64,000 nt of DNA from Bdellovibrionales bacterium (GTDB taxonomy: Bacteria; Bdellovibrionota; Bdellovibrionia; Bdellovibrionales; JAGQZY01): contig CAXRHT010000001.1 of NCBI GenBank assembly GCA_964230645.1, forward strand, positions 576,001 through 640,000, given 5' to 3'. The position numbers and the translations under genes were made by a program. Every line of letters begins with the position of its first letter. Within the stretch, counting starts at the first letter, position 1. The notes below the pieces were generated by a model, which was given only the letters and a program-made list of their open reading frames with translations, ran no database searches and had not been told where the DNA came from. This document shows positions 18,152-29,115 of the stretch, piece after piece.

Positions 18152-20587
18152 TTATCGGATTTCCAGACCTAGCTTTTGACAGAGGGAGTTAACCACTTTG
18201 TCACGGATCTCGTTGACCTTTTTATCCTTGAGGGTCTCTTCGGCGCTCTGAAAGCGTAATCGAAAGGCAACAGACCTTTGACCAGCCTCTTTAAGTGCCT
18301 TGTCTTGGTAGATATCAAAAATTTCATGGTGGACAAGCAGTGGTCCAGCTGATTTTTTAATTTCAGAGCTCATGGAACTGGCCTGCACATCTTCCGGGGC
18401 CACAAGAGCAATATCTCTTTCCACAGCCGGGTACTTTGCCAAAGCTTTGAACTTAGGCGAACGAGGCTGACGCTTACTTAAAGCTTCGAAATTAAACTCA
18501 GCCCATGCCACTTCTTGTCGCAATTTGTATTGGTCTTTAATGGAAGGGTGCATCGTTCCCAGCACACCGATCACCTGACCTTCATAAAAAAGGCCCACAG
18601 ATTGGCTGGGATGAAAACCTGGAGGACACTCGTCCATTTTTAATTGATCCCAGCGCCAGTTTCGCCCCCCGATGCTTCGAAGCAAAGCTTCAATAGTACT
18701 TTTTAACTCAAAGACCACTTCGTTTTTATTTTTAGCTTTCCAAAGCCCTTCTTGCTGCCCCCAAAAAACAAGGGCCAGTCTTTTTTCTTCAGAAAAACCG
18801 TCTTCTGTTTTCTGGTGCGTGGAAGAGAGCTCAAAAAGTCTTCCCACCGAATTGCCGCGGCGATCGTTATAAACCAAGTTTTTTAACAAAGAAGGAAGTA
18901 ATGACTCCCTCATGACGGCCAGTTCTTCACTGATGGGGTTTATGAGTTTGACGGAGTCTTTGGAAAAGTTCATTCCAAAGAGAGTCTTTCCCTTTTCACC
19001 CCAAATCTCTTCACTCTGGCCCTCAGCAATAAAGGCATAGTTGAGCCCCTGCTGAACGCCCATTCCCGTTAGAATATCAGAGACCTTGTGGCTGAATTCA
19101 TAATTAAAGTTGTGACGAGTGGGCTCTGTAGAAAGAACGGGAAGTCTTTCTTTAATTTTATCGTAACCATTCACTCGGGCAAACTCTTCTACCAAATCCT
19201 CTTTGATACTAATATCAAAACGATAAGTGGGAGGAGTGACTAAAAGGGTTTCTCCCTTTTTTTCCACTTTACAATTAAGACGCTCCAACCAATTTTTAAG
19301 TTCGCCTTCGCTAACCTCATAACCCAATCTTTGCGCGACGTACGGGGCGGTCACTTCGATCACAGGAGACTGAACGGGTTCAGGATAAATATCCACTTCC
19401 CCTTTTTGCACAACTCCACCGGCCACTTCGGCAATCAAAGAAGCCGCTCTCTTCATGGCATTAAGAGTTTGCTCAGGGTCTACCCCTCTTGAAAAGCGGT
19501 AACAGGAATCGGTTTCAATCCCATGAGCTCTTGCGGTTTTTCTTACACCTTCGGCCGCAAAAAAAGCAGATTCTAAAAAGATGTCTTTTGTTTTCTCTGT
19601 CACCCCGGAGTTTTGACCTCCGACCACTCCGGCCAAAGCCACAGGGCGCTGCCCATCGCGAATCACAAGGTCGGACTCAGAAAGCTCCACTTCAGTTCCA
19701 TCCAGGGTGGTAAATTTTTCTTTGTCCTGGGCTTTTTCGATAACAATTCGAGCGTCTTTGATTTCATCATAGTCAAAGGCATGCAGGGGTTGACCGTACT
19801 CAAACAAAACATAGTTTGTGATATCCACAACATTGTTCACAGAATTAAGGCCAATACTATGAAGCGCATTTTTCAACCAATCCGGACTCGGCCCTACCTT
19901 CACGGAACTTATCATTTTACCGCAGTAACGGGGACAAGCTTGAGAGTCTTTAAGCTCCACCTGAATCCAGTCGTTGATCGACTTTCCTGTTTCCTCAAAG
20001 CTCATTTCTGGTCTTTTTAAAGGGCGATCTAGTAACGAGGATAGCTCCCTAGCCAGCCCCAAATGACTCAAGCAGTCCGCACGATTGGGGGTAACATTCA
20101 GTTCGAAAATAATGTCCGCCAATGTGTCGACCTCTGAAAGGGGGATGCCCACTTTTAAAGAGTCTGGCAGGATAAGAATTCCATCACTTTCTTCGCTTAA
20201 AGCAAGCTCAGAGTCCGAACAAAGCATACCAAAGGATTCGACTCCGCGAATTTTTGATTTTTTAATTTTAAAATTTCCAGGAAGGACTGCGCCCACCTGA
20301 GCCACAGCCACCAAATCTCCTTGCTTGTGGTTTTTGGCTCCACAAACAATTTGAAGATTTTCGTCTTTACCCACATCAACTTGGCAAAGGGTCAGCTTAT
20401 CGGCATCGGGGTGACTTCCTACCTCGATCAATTTTCCAACCACCACTTTATCCCAATTCTCGGCCGGGTTTTGCATCTCTTCGACTTCAAGTCCCGCTTT
20501 GGTCAGAACAGAGGAAAGCTCACCAAGCTTTGTCTTATAATCTTTTAAATCTATATACTGGTTTAACCAATTGAGTGAAATCTTCAT
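18152..20587 (-). CDS. pheT: Phenylalanine-tRNA ligase beta subunit
   Basis: [28 protein letters not shown]...FDIY; 811 aa. Confidence 0.98.
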   Translation of the reverse strand: MKISLNWLNQYIDLKDYKTKLGELSSVLTKAGLEVEEMQNPAENWDKVVVGKLIEVGSHPDADKLTLCQVDVGKDENLQIVCGAKNHKQGDLVAVAQVGAVLPGNFKIKKSKIRGVESFGMLCSDSELALSEESDGILILPDSLKVGIPLSEVDTLADIIFELNVTPNRADCLSHLGLARELSSLLDRPLKRPEMSFEETGKSINDWIQVELKDSQACPRYCGKMISSVKVGPSPDWLKNALHSIGLNSVNNVVDITNYVLFEYGQPLHAFDYDEIKDARIVIEKAQDKEKFTTLDGTEVELSESDLVIRDGQRPVALAGVVGGQNSGVTEKTKDIFLESAFFAAEGVRKTARAHGIETDSCYRFSRGVDPEQTLNAMKRAASLIAEVAGGVVQKGEVDIYPEPVQSPVIEVTAPYVAQRLGYEVSEGELKNWLERLNCKVEKKGETLLVTPPTYRFDISIKEDLVEEFARVNGYDKIKERLPVLSTEPTRHNFNYEFSHKVSDILTGMGVQQGLNYAFIAEGQSEEIWGEKGKTLFGMNFSKDSVKLINPISEELAVMRESLLPSLLKNLVYNDRRGNSVGRLFELSSTHQKTEDGFSEEKRLALVFWGQQEGLWKAKNKNEVVFELKSTIEALLRSIGGRNWRWDQLKMDECPPGFHPSQSVGLFYEGQVIGVLGTMHPSIKDQYKLRQEVAWAEFNFEALSKRQPRSPKFKALAKYPAVERDIALVAPEDVQASSMSSEIKKSAGPLLVHHEIFDIYQDKALKEAGQRSVAFRLRFQSAEETLKDKKVNEIRDKVVNSLCQKLGLEIR

Positions 20588-21609
20588 TTTTCAAACTGCC
20601 TTAAAAAACGTAAATCATTTTCTACAAAGAGGCGAATATCATTGATGCCATATTTAATAATCGCCATGCGCTCAATCCCAAACCCAAAGGCAAAGCCTTG
20701 CCACTCTTCGGGATCAATCCCCGCCTGTTTTAAAACATTGGGATGGACAAGACCGCTGCCACCGATCTCAATCCAACCGGTTTGTGAGCACATTTTACAC
20801 CCCTTACTTTTACATAAGGGACAGGAGCAATCCACCTCTGCCGAAGGCTCGGTGAAAGGAAAAAAGCTGGGGCGAAACCTTGTTTTAATTTCGGGACCAA
20901 AAAACTCTTTTACAAAAAAGGAAATCGTCCCCTTGAGGTCCGCCATAGAAACCTCTTTATCAACCAGCAAAGCTTCGATTTGATGGAAGTTCGGAGAGTG
21001 GGAGGCGTCGCTATCATGACGGAACACACTGCCAGGTGCCAGCACCCGAATGGGGGGCTTTTCATTTTCCATGGTGTGAATTTGCACAGGACTTGTATGG
21101 GTTCTTAAAACGGCCCCACCCTCGACATAAAAAGTGTCCTGCATATCACGGGCGGGATGATTTTCTGGAATATTAAGAGCATTGAAATTGTAATGGTCGG
21201 TTTCTACCATGGGGCCTGAGCGGACGGAAAAACCCACGCGATTGAGGATATCCACAATCTCACGGATGACTCGGTGGATGGGATGGGTGGCTCCTTTTTC
21301 AAGGGCTGGGCCAGGCAAAGAGAGATCAAGGGTCTCAGTTTTAAGCTTTTCATTGAGTTCTTTGGATTTGAGGCTTTTTTCCTGCTTGTCGTACTGACCC
21401 TGCAGCTCCGCGCGCACCAAATTTACTTTTTTACCAAATTCGGGACGCTCCTCTTTAGGGAGACCACCAAGCTCTTTCATTAGTAGCGAAAGGGAGCCCT
21501 GTTTTCCAAAAAATTGTACTTTTACCTGGTAAAGGGAATCACTCGAAGAGGCCTCCCCAATGGCTTTTTGAGCCTCGTCTTTGATCTTTTGCAACTTTTC
21601 TATTAGCAT
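20584..21609 (-). CDS. pheS: Phenylalanine-tRNA ligase alpha subunit
   Basis: [37 protein letters not shown]. Confidence 0.98.
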   Translation of the reverse strand: MLIEKLQKIKDEAQKAIGEASSSDSLYQVKVQFFGKQGSLSLLMKELGGLPKEERPEFGKKVNLVRAELQGQYDKQEKSLKSKELNEKLKTETLDLSLPGPALEKGATHPIHRVIREIVDILNRVGFSVRSGPMVETDHYNFNALNIPENHPARDMQDTFYVEGGAVLRTHTSPVQIHTMENEKPPIRVLAPGSVFRHDSDASHSPNFHQIEALLVDKEVSMADLKGTISFFVKEFFGPEIKTRFRPSFFPFTEPSAEVDCSCPLCKSKGCKMCSQTGWIEIGGSGLVHPNVLKQAGIDPEEWQGFAFGFGIERMAIIKYGINDIRLFVENDLRFLRQFEK

Positions 21610-21659
21610 GCCCCATATTTCGATATTTGGTGAATATTTTCAACTGATTCGGTGGTAGC

Positions 21660-22430
21660 GTGGCGCATAAAAACTCCTCTAATTGGAGCCCCTACAAGGG
21701 CAACAAAAACACTCCCAAAAAGGGCGTTCACAAGAAACCCATTCGCATTTTTAAGTTTGGCGAAGCCAGCGATCGGCTCCGAGATCTTTTTTTCAATCAC
21801 GGCTTTGATAAAAAAATCGATATTGAAAAAAGAGAGCAATTTGCAAGATTTTATATTCTCCTTATGGAGAATCAAAAAAAGCAAAACTTCACTCGGCTCA
21901 CCTCCATCAAAGATATCGCCATTAAGCATTTTATTGACTCCATCATCATCGACAAACACACCCCTTTAAAATTTCCTCTCCTCGATATGGGAACAGGCCC
22001 CGGCTTTCCCGGAGTCCCTCTTAAGATAATGATCGGGGCTGAGAAAAAAATCATTCTCGCTGAAGGGGTGCAAAAAAGGGTCAGCTTCCTTAAAAAAGTG
22101 CGAGAGGAACTAAAACTTGAAAACTTGGACATCATCGGACGTAACGTCAACGAAGAGTTTCACTACCCGGTAGAGGGTGTGATCACAAGAGCGGTCGAAG
22201 ACGCCTCTAACACTCTAGGCAATGTAATGAATTGTCTGCAAACTGGGGGCTGCGTTTACCTAATGAAAGGCCCACAAGTGGACCCTGAAGTTAAAAAAGC
22301 GGAAAAAATTTGGGGTCAGTACTATAAATTAGAAAAAGACAAATCTTATAGTCTTCCTAAAACCCCTCACAAAAGAAGACTTCTAGTTTATCGAAAAATC
22401 AAACATAAGGAATTGAGAGATGAAAATTGA
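21660..22430 (+). CDS. rsmG: 16S rRNA m7G527 methyltransferase
   Basis: NFTR, KHFIDS, LDMGTGPGFPGVPL, TRAV, MKG. Confidence 0.93.
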   Translation: MAHKNSSNWSPYKGNKNTPKKGVHKKPIRIFKFGEASDRLRDLFFNHGFDKKIDIEKREQFARFYILLMENQKKQNFTRLTSIKDIAIKHFIDSIIIDKHTPLKFPLLDMGTGPGFPGVPLKIMIGAEKKIILAEGVQKRVSFLKKVREELKLENLDIIGRNVNEEFHYPVEGVITRAVEDASNTLGNVMNCLQTGGCVYLMKGPQVDPEVKKAEKIWGQYYKLEKDKSYSLPKTPHKRRLLVYRKIKHKELRDEN

Positions 22431-23142
22431 GAGTGCTCAAAATAAAACTTATAAAAAGCTTTTAAGCCTTACAAAGAGCAAAGGAATTCGTGAGCATTCT
22501 CAGAGCTTAGTCAGCGGAGAAAAAATTACGGCCGAAATTTCACGCCTGGCTAAAAGAGACTCTTTTTGGATCCTTCCTGAAGGAGAGGACCACCCTCAAA
22601 CGCCCAAGAAACAGGATATTGAAATTTCAAAAAAACTATTCAAGGCTCTTGATGTGTGTGGGACTAAGAAACCCCTTTTGTGTGTGGACGTTCCAAAAAT
22701 CAACAGTATGAAAAGTCTAAATCCAGAGGAGCCAGCATTGTTTGTCGCCTTAAGTGATCCCACCAACTTGGGGGCTCTTATTCGAACCTGTGCCGCCTTT
22801 GACTGGCAACAAATTGTTCTTCTAAAAGAGGCCGCTCACCCTTTTTTACCCAAAGCCATTCGCGCAGCGAGTGGCACTTGTTTTGCCTCCCGCTTTTTTG
22901 AAGGGCCCTCAATTAAAGACCTCTCCGATCCAGAGGTTTTAGCTTTGGATATGGAGGGTCGTAACCTGAAAAAATCAGACATCCCAAAAAATCTAAAACT
23001 TCTTGTGGGTGAAGAGGGACAAGGGGTGCCCAGTACTTTTCCAGGAAGAAAGGTGCAGATCCCGATTTCCAATCGAGTGGAGTCTTTAAACGCCACAATT
23101 GCTGCTAGCTTTTTGGTCTATGAGTGGAGTAAAAACCACTGA
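22420..23142 (+). CDS. TrmH/SpoU-family RNA methyltransferase
   Basis: DPTNLGALIRT, GEEGQG, ESLNA. Confidence 0.92.
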   Translation: MKIESAQNKTYKKLLSLTKSKGIREHSQSLVSGEKITAEISRLAKRDSFWILPEGEDHPQTPKKQDIEISKKLFKALDVCGTKKPLLCVDVPKINSMKSLNPEEPALFVALSDPTNLGALIRTCAAFDWQQIVLLKEAAHPFLPKAIRAASGTCFASRFFEGPSIKDLSDPEVLALDMEGRNLKKSDIPKNLKLLVGEEGQGVPSTFPGRKVQIPISNRVESLNATIAASFLVYEWSKNH

Positions 23143-23158
23143 TGGATAGGAAAGAGCG

Positions 23159-24496
23159 ATGCTAGAACTCCAGAGCTTTGTTGGGATTCTTGTTTTCCTA
23201 GGCATAGCCTACGCATTCTCCAATAACCGTCGTGAAATTTCATGGAGAATTGTTGTCTCAGGCCTTGCAATGCAGTTGCTTTTGGCTCTTCTCGTAATTG
23301 GCATTCCAAAGCTTGGTTACAACGGTCCCCTCCGCTTTCTTTTTGGAGCCGCCAATGATGCCATATTGAAGTTGCTGAGCTTCACCAATAAAGGAAGCGA
23401 GTTTCTCTTTGGAGATCTCGTAGACCCTGAAAAAAGCGGATTTATCATCGTCTTTCAAGTCCTCCCCATTATAATATTTCTCTCGTCTCTTATGACTGTT
23501 CTTTATCACATGGGTGTGATGCAGAAAATTGTGAATCTTTTTGCTTTGGTGATGCAAAAGTTTTTAAAACTTAGTGGAGCCGAGTCTCTGGCTGCTGCGG
23601 CCAACGTCTTCGTGGGACAAACTGAAGCCCCCTTAATTATTCGCCCCTATCTAAAAAGAATGACCTCTTCTGAGCTTTTCTCCCTTATGACAGGAGGAAT
23701 GGCTACCATCGCAGGTTCAGTTATGGCCGCCTATGTTGGCCTTTTGCAAAACGCCATTCCTGATATTGGCGGACACCTTTTAACAGCGAGTCTTCTCTCA
23801 GCTCCTGCAGCACTGATCATTGCAAAGATCATGGTGCCAGAGACCCAGAGACCTGAAACCCTTGGGCGAATTCCTCAAGAAAAAGTCCTAGGTCACGCTA
23901 ACTTGATTGATGCGGCAGCCAGTGGTGCCAGTGACGGTCTAAAACTAACTGCCAATGTGGCTGCCATGCTCTTAGCCTTTGTGGCTCTCATTGCCATGGT
24001 GGACGCTCTTTTTATTTATTTGGGTGAGCAAGCCTACTGGTTTATTGATTTCACTCTGAACACTTTTGCAAACTGGACCGGCCAGACAGAAGCCTCTGGA
24101 TGGACAGCTTTTAACTATAAATCCACACTTCCCGAACTCTCTCTTTCCTGGATCCTAAGTTGGGTCTTCACTCCGATTGCTTTTTTCATCGGAATACCGG
24201 TGAGTGACCTTGGAATGGCTGGCACTATGATTGGTAAAAAAATTGTTTTTAACGAATTTATTGCTTACCTTGATTTGGCCAAACTCACCGATCAGCTCAA
24301 TCCCCGCACATCTATTATTCTCTCCTACGCCCTTTGTGGTTTCGCCAATTTTTCATCCATTGCTATTCAAATTGGCGGTATCGGTCCCCTCGTTCCTGAG
24401 AGAAGACGAGAGCTGGCCCAGTTTGGCATTCGCTCTGTCATCGGAGGGAGTCTTGCGGCCTTCTTAACCGCTTGCCTAGCGGGTCTGCTGATTTAG
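23159..24496 (+). CDS. nupC: Concentrative nucleoside transporter (CNT family)
   Basis: FVGQTEAP, MATIAGSV, NEFIAY, LCGFANFSS. Confidence 0.93.
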   Translation: MLELQSFVGILVFLGIAYAFSNNRREISWRIVVSGLAMQLLLALLVIGIPKLGYNGPLRFLFGAANDAILKLLSFTNKGSEFLFGDLVDPEKSGFIIVFQVLPIIIFLSSLMTVLYHMGVMQKIVNLFALVMQKFLKLSGAESLAAAANVFVGQTEAPLIIRPYLKRMTSSELFSLMTGGMATIAGSVMAAYVGLLQNAIPDIGGHLLTASLLSAPAALIIAKIMVPETQRPETLGRIPQEKVLGHANLIDAAASGASDGLKLTANVAAMLLAFVALIAMVDALFIYLGEQAYWFIDFTLNTFANWTGQTEASGWTAFNYKSTLPELSLSWILSWVFTPIAFFIGIPVSDLGMAGTMIGKKIVFNEFIAYLDLAKLTDQLNPRTSIILSYALCGFANFSSIAIQIGGIGPLVPERRRELAQFGIRSVIGGSLAAFLTACLAGLLI

Positions 24497-24523
24497 ACCA
24501 TGGTTTAGTTTTTTGTAAAAAAC

Positions 24524-24550
24524 TTAAGTGAAGGCATCAAACGCCGATAG
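24524..24550 (+). promoter_or_regulatory. Putative sigma28 (FliA) promoter
   Basis: TTAAGTGA-N11-GCCGATAG versus consensus TAAAGTTT-N11-GCCGATAA. Confidence 0.45.
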
Positions 24551-24841
24551 GAAATCATAACGGTAATCGCCGCCTATTGGGGGATAAGTAACGAAGTCAG
24601 ATATGCATCTTAGCTCGTTCATCAGTGGCACGTTGTGCGGTATTATCGTTTTTTCTTTTTTCACCTCTTATATTCATGCAAAAAAATAGACAAATCTCCC
24701 TACACTTACCCGTCGACTCGATCTCAGAGCTCAATCAAATCCATTCTTCTCAGGTGTGTTTCATAGTGAGAATCACTTTTTTAAAACGACGGTTTTTTTC
24801 CTATAATAATAGACAGGGATAATTCATAGGGTGGGAAATCA

Positions 24842-26605
24842 ATGAAAAAGTTTGTTTTGATTCTTTTGATATTCAGCTTTCCGCTGTTTCAAAACTGTTC
24901 GCCTTTTAACTCTTCTGATGAGTTTCAAGCGCAGAGCCTATCAGGTCTTGAGTCCCTAACTTGCCAAGCAAACGACCCACGTATTCCAAAAGTCTCTCCT
25001 TTAAGAAGAATCGGTAAAGTCGAACTGAAATATATGCTCGAAGACTTGTTTGAAAAATATATGAATCAAAATCAATTGAAGAACCTCTTGGATGCCATTG
25101 CTTCCGACCTAGAAAACATACCAGACGATCATGTCGACAGAGGAGCTAATGTTGCTGACTTTAGAGTTTCCAAAAACCACGTGGAGTCTTTGTTTTTATT
25201 AAGCGAAAGCATTGTTGATCATCTATCCACTCAAAACCAAGTCATGAACAATCTGATCGGCTCCTGCTACAGTAACCCGGATGAGAACTGTAAGGAAAAC
25301 TTCCTTAAAAACTTTGGTTTGCGTGCGTTCAGGCGTCCTTTGAGTCCTGAGGATATCGCCCACTTTCTCGGTGTCATGGATGGGCACTCCAATCCCTTTA
25401 AAAACGCTTTGGTTGCGATCCTTAACTCCCCTGCTTTTTACTACCATATTCAAGCTGGAGATAGTGCCTCCTCAACTGACAATGCTGTGATTTCTCTTGG
25501 TCCTTATGAGAGAGCCTCAAAACTATCGTTTTTCTTTTTACGAAGCCTTCCTGACGACGAGCTTTTAGAATCCGCTCGAAGTGGTGAAATAATGACTCCG
25601 CTTGGAGTGAGCAAACAAGTGGAGCGACTCATTAAAGATCCTCTTGTACGCAAAAGACTCACAAGAAGCTTTACTGACGAATGGCTTCACATTGAAGCAA
25701 CATCCGATCTCAACACCAACATCCAAGAGGTACAAGCGCGTTTGCAGGACATCGATCCGAATATCGAAGGTGATGATTTAAAAAATAGCCTTATCGCGGA
25801 AGTTTATGACTTTATGGACTATCTAATTTGGGAACAACAAGCGAATTTCAACCAACTGATGACAAGTAACTTAGTTTTTCCTCGTAACCAAGCGCTTGCT
25901 AATATTTACGGAACTGATCAATGGGATGGTTCTTATGACCTAGCCAAGCTTGTGCGCGCTCCTCAAGGTCAAAGAGCCGGGGTTCTTACTCAGGCGCATT
26001 TCCTTTATACAGGTTCTGCAGGAACGCGACCGATTATGCGAGGAGTTCACGTTTATGAGGATTTTCTTTGCGGAGATCTGAGCCTGCCACCAAATAACGA
26101 CACTCCTGAGGGGGTGATGATCACAGATGACATGACCGATCAAGAGTATGTGCGTGCGATTACAGAAAAGGAAGGCTCAAGCTGTGTGGGTTGCCATAAA
26201 AACATTATCAACCCAATAGGCTTTTCCTTTGATAACTTCGATGCCTTTGGAAAGTTTAGAACTCAGGAGAGAGTCTTTCAGCCAGAAGAGTCGCCCATGG
26301 CAGGACAGGTCTTAACCACGAAACCAATCTCTACCTATGCCGAGATCAATTTGACCGACCGTCTTGAAGGGCAATTTGAAAGTGTGGTGGACATCGCCCA
26401 TCACTTGGGAAAAAGCGCTCAGGCCAATGCCTGCTTTACCACCAAACTTTGGAACTTTGCCCAAAAGCAAGAGGCAAAACTTGGAACAGACCCTTGTGCA
26501 GTCAATTCTGTTTACGCGAAAGTCTCGTCGAGTGAATCAAGCATTATTGAAGCTTTCAAAGAGATCGCTCTGCAGCCGGAATTTATGAAAAGGACATTGC
26601 AATGA
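24842..26605 (+). CDS. DUF1592/DUF1588/DUF1595-family lipoprotein with one c-type heme motif
   Basis: FQNC lipobox, LRRI, RAFRRPL, SPAFYY, RAGVLTQ, CVGCH..INPIGFSFDNFD. Confidence 0.87.
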   Translation: MKKFVLILLIFSFPLFQNCSPFNSSDEFQAQSLSGLESLTCQANDPRIPKVSPLRRIGKVELKYMLEDLFEKYMNQNQLKNLLDAIASDLENIPDDHVDRGANVADFRVSKNHVESLFLLSESIVDHLSTQNQVMNNLIGSCYSNPDENCKENFLKNFGLRAFRRPLSPEDIAHFLGVMDGHSNPFKNALVAILNSPAFYYHIQAGDSASSTDNAVISLGPYERASKLSFFFLRSLPDDELLESARSGEIMTPLGVSKQVERLIKDPLVRKRLTRSFTDEWLHIEATSDLNTNIQEVQARLQDIDPNIEGDDLKNSLIAEVYDFMDYLIWEQQANFNQLMTSNLVFPRNQALANIYGTDQWDGSYDLAKLVRAPQGQRAGVLTQAHFLYTGSAGTRPIMRGVHVYEDFLCGDLSLPPNNDTPEGVMITDDMTDQEYVRAITEKEGSSCVGCHKNIINPIGFSFDNFDAFGKFRTQERVFQPEESPMAGQVLTTKPISTYAEINLTDRLEGQFESVVDIAHHLGKSAQANACFTTKLWNFAQKQEAKLGTDPCAVNSVYAKVSSSESSIIEAFKEIALQPEFMKRTLQ

Positions 26606-28215
26606 TATACAATTCTCAAAGTCGCCGCTATTTCTTGCAAGGACTTGGTAAAAGTCTTTTGGCTCTGCCAATACTTCCTTCTTTGATTCCCAAAGCCAGT
26701 GCTCAAACGGTCTCCGATCAACAGAAGTTTTTTATTATGGTCACTTCAGGCCATGGTGGCAAAGGCCATTCGACCGACTGGTACCCGGCTCCCTTTATAA
26801 ATAATTTTGAAGGAAACTGGTTTACCAAAAGACAGCTCTTTGCGGCCAATGCGGAGAATGACTTCCCACATATCATGAGACATGCGCTGTTAAGAAATAT
26901 CCTTAGCGCTGATCCTAGTCACCCCAATGGAAATGTCGACAATAATAACCAAAGACTCTCTCATATTTTGGGATCTTTTTTAAATCCCTATCTTGATAAA
27001 ATGAATCTTCTTGTTGGGATCGACGGAGCGATGTCCTACTACGGTCACTCGCGAGGCGTTTACGCTGGTAATTCCTGGTTTAACGAGAAGACGAGTTCAG
27101 GAGACCCCAACCCGCAACTTACATGGGAAACTCTCGATCAATTTCTGGGACGATCCCCTAAGTTTTATCAAGATCGCGACGCGATCTCCACTCCCGTGGT
27201 GAATCTTACCCGCTGGAACTCTTATTACGAAGGAGGCTACGGGGCTTCAAGGCAGGATGGTCTCAACATCGAAAGACTCTACGGAAATCTTTTTGAAAAA
27301 TATCAGGAGACCTCGGACCCTCAGGTGATAGCAGCCAGACAACAAAGACAATACCTCCTTGATAAGGTCTATGAAGATTACAAGAGAATCACTGATGGCG
27401 CCTACGGACTCGCACGAAAAATCTCGTCAGAGGATCGCTCAAGACTAAAAGATCACGCTGACTTCTTGCAAGACACTCAGAAGAAATTTAAATCAATTAT
27501 CAATTCTTGTAGTGAAGTTTCTCAGCCCAACGGAGATATTCGTATCAAAAGAAGTCCGGAGGCTGAACGCTACTGGAACTTGGCCACTGACCTAATGGTC
27601 GCGGCTATCCAGTGTGGTAGTAGTCGCATTGGAATAATGACAGGCAATTCTCACTTCCGCTACAAGGGTGACTACCACCAGGAAGTGGCTCATGCGGCTA
27701 ATAACGAGCCTGATAAACAACTTCTTCACAACAAAGATTTCCGCTGGCAGGCGGAGAACTTAGTCCATAATCTTGTTAGTAAACTTGATGCCATTGGTGC
27801 CGGAAATGGACAGAAACTTCTTGATAAAGGTATGGTGGCATGGGTGCATGAGGCCGGCGACGTCACACACTCCCATCATAATATTGGGGTTGCAACTTTC
27901 GGATCTGTGGATGGTTTTTTCAAAACCGGAAATCTTGTCGACTACAGAAATCTTGAAAACCTTGGTTTGTTAAAAAATCATCAAGCGGGCCACAGAAGCC
28001 GCCCTGGAATTCCTCTTTCAAGACTTCTTGCCAATATCGCACAAGCCTATGGACATGTCCCAGGTGATTATCGCCGATTCAATAGACCTGGTTATGGTGA
28101 CAGCAGCAAGTTCGTAGAGGGTGGTAAATCCCATCGCGCCAATCCCAACGGTCATGTCCCCTACCCCAAAGAGCTAAGAGACAGTCTGGATGATAAGCTG
28201 CCAATCATTACCTGA
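26602..28215 (+). CDS. DUF1552-family Tat-exported protein
   Basis: SRRYFLQGLG..LALPILPSL..ASA signal; TLDQ, LLDKV, AIQCG; ATGA overlap with partner. Confidence 0.82.
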   Translation: MIYNSQSRRYFLQGLGKSLLALPILPSLIPKASAQTVSDQQKFFIMVTSGHGGKGHSTDWYPAPFINNFEGNWFTKRQLFAANAENDFPHIMRHALLRNILSADPSHPNGNVDNNNQRLSHILGSFLNPYLDKMNLLVGIDGAMSYYGHSRGVYAGNSWFNEKTSSGDPNPQLTWETLDQFLGRSPKFYQDRDAISTPVVNLTRWNSYYEGGYGASRQDGLNIERLYGNLFEKYQETSDPQVIAARQQRQYLLDKVYEDYKRITDGAYGLARKISSEDRSRLKDHADFLQDTQKKFKSIINSCSEVSQPNGDIRIKRSPEAERYWNLATDLMVAAIQCGSSRIGIMTGNSHFRYKGDYHQEVAHAANNEPDKQLLHNKDFRWQAENLVHNLVSKLDAIGAGNGQKLLDKGMVAWVHEAGDVTHSHHNIGVATFGSVDGFFKTGNLVDYRNLENLGLLKNHQAGHRSRPGIPLSRLLANIAQAYGHVPGDYRRFNRPGYGDSSKFVEGGKSHRANPNGHVPYPKELRDSLDDKLPIIT

Positions 28216-28227
28216 GTGCATGATTTT

Positions 28228-29115
28228 TTAGGCTTTTATTAGTTCGAAATCAAAACTCTCGGAACGAGGTGGTGTTTCCCAGAGGCTTAGGACAAAACCT
28301 CCGTCTCCACTACCGGTAGGCTTTACACTAAGAGCGCCCGCTTTTTTTAAGGCCAGCATATGACTATCAAGCTCCCGACTCACCAGTCCCCACTCGCGAA
28401 AACAGGATCCGGCTTGATCAATAGACTCCCTTAGTAATTCAATGTTTTGGGAACCCCTAAGTCCAAGAAAAGCCTTTTTAACCGCATCTTTCATTCTTTG
28501 ATCAAGATCCTCTCCAAGGCGAGGTTTTTCTTTAATAAAAGTCTGCACTCTTTTAATACAATCAGAAGTCACACCTTTTTTTCCACAATAAGAGAGATAG
28601 AAATGGGGGCTCCACGACGGAGTAAAAGACTCCATAAAATTAGGACGCTTAAAACGCAGAGGCTTATTTTCAAGAGCAACAGCTACATCGACACCTGAAC
28701 TCTCACCGTGAAAAAGGTCTTCAAGGCTTTTTGCGAATTCGTAGGCGCCCGATTTGTTAAGCTTTCCTAAAGCAACAAAAAAACGAGCCAAGCTCGCGCA
28801 CAATGTTGCACTAGCACCCATACCTGCCCCCACAGGAATATTACTTTTTAAAGAGATTCGTCCCTTCAACTCCTCCCGGTCAATAGAGAGAAACTGCAAA
28901 GCTTTCTCTAGGACTCCCCAGAAGGCCATTTCAAGCCCCGGTTGCTGAGAGGCGATATCAAGCTCTAAGCTGCCCCCTCCCTCTTCAAATTTGAAATCTA
29001 AAAAGCGAGATTGCACAGGGAAGACTAGGGCCTCCCCGCCTCTAAGCACTGTATGCTCCCCAGCAAAAATCCACTTTCCATGGGTTCTAAACTCGAGCAA
29101 AACCGATATCCTCAA
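28228..29115 (-). CDS. mvk: Mevalonate kinase
   Basis: GKWIFAGEH, PVGAGMGASA, FHGESSGVD, KPTGSGDGG. Exact start uncertain. Confidence 0.88.
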   Translation of the reverse strand: MRISVLLEFRTHGKWIFAGEHTVLRGGEALVFPVQSRFLDFKFEEGGGSLELDIASQQPGLEMAFWGVLEKALQFLSIDREELKGRISLKSNIPVGAGMGASATLCASLARFFVALGKLNKSGAYEFAKSLEDLFHGESSGVDVAVALENKPLRFKRPNFMESFTPSWSPHFYLSYCGKKGVTSDCIKRVQTFIKEKPRLGEDLDQRMKDAVKKAFLGLRGSQNIELLRESIDQAGSCFREWGLVSRELDSHMLALKKAGALSVKPTGSGDGGFVLSLWETPPRSESFDFELIKA

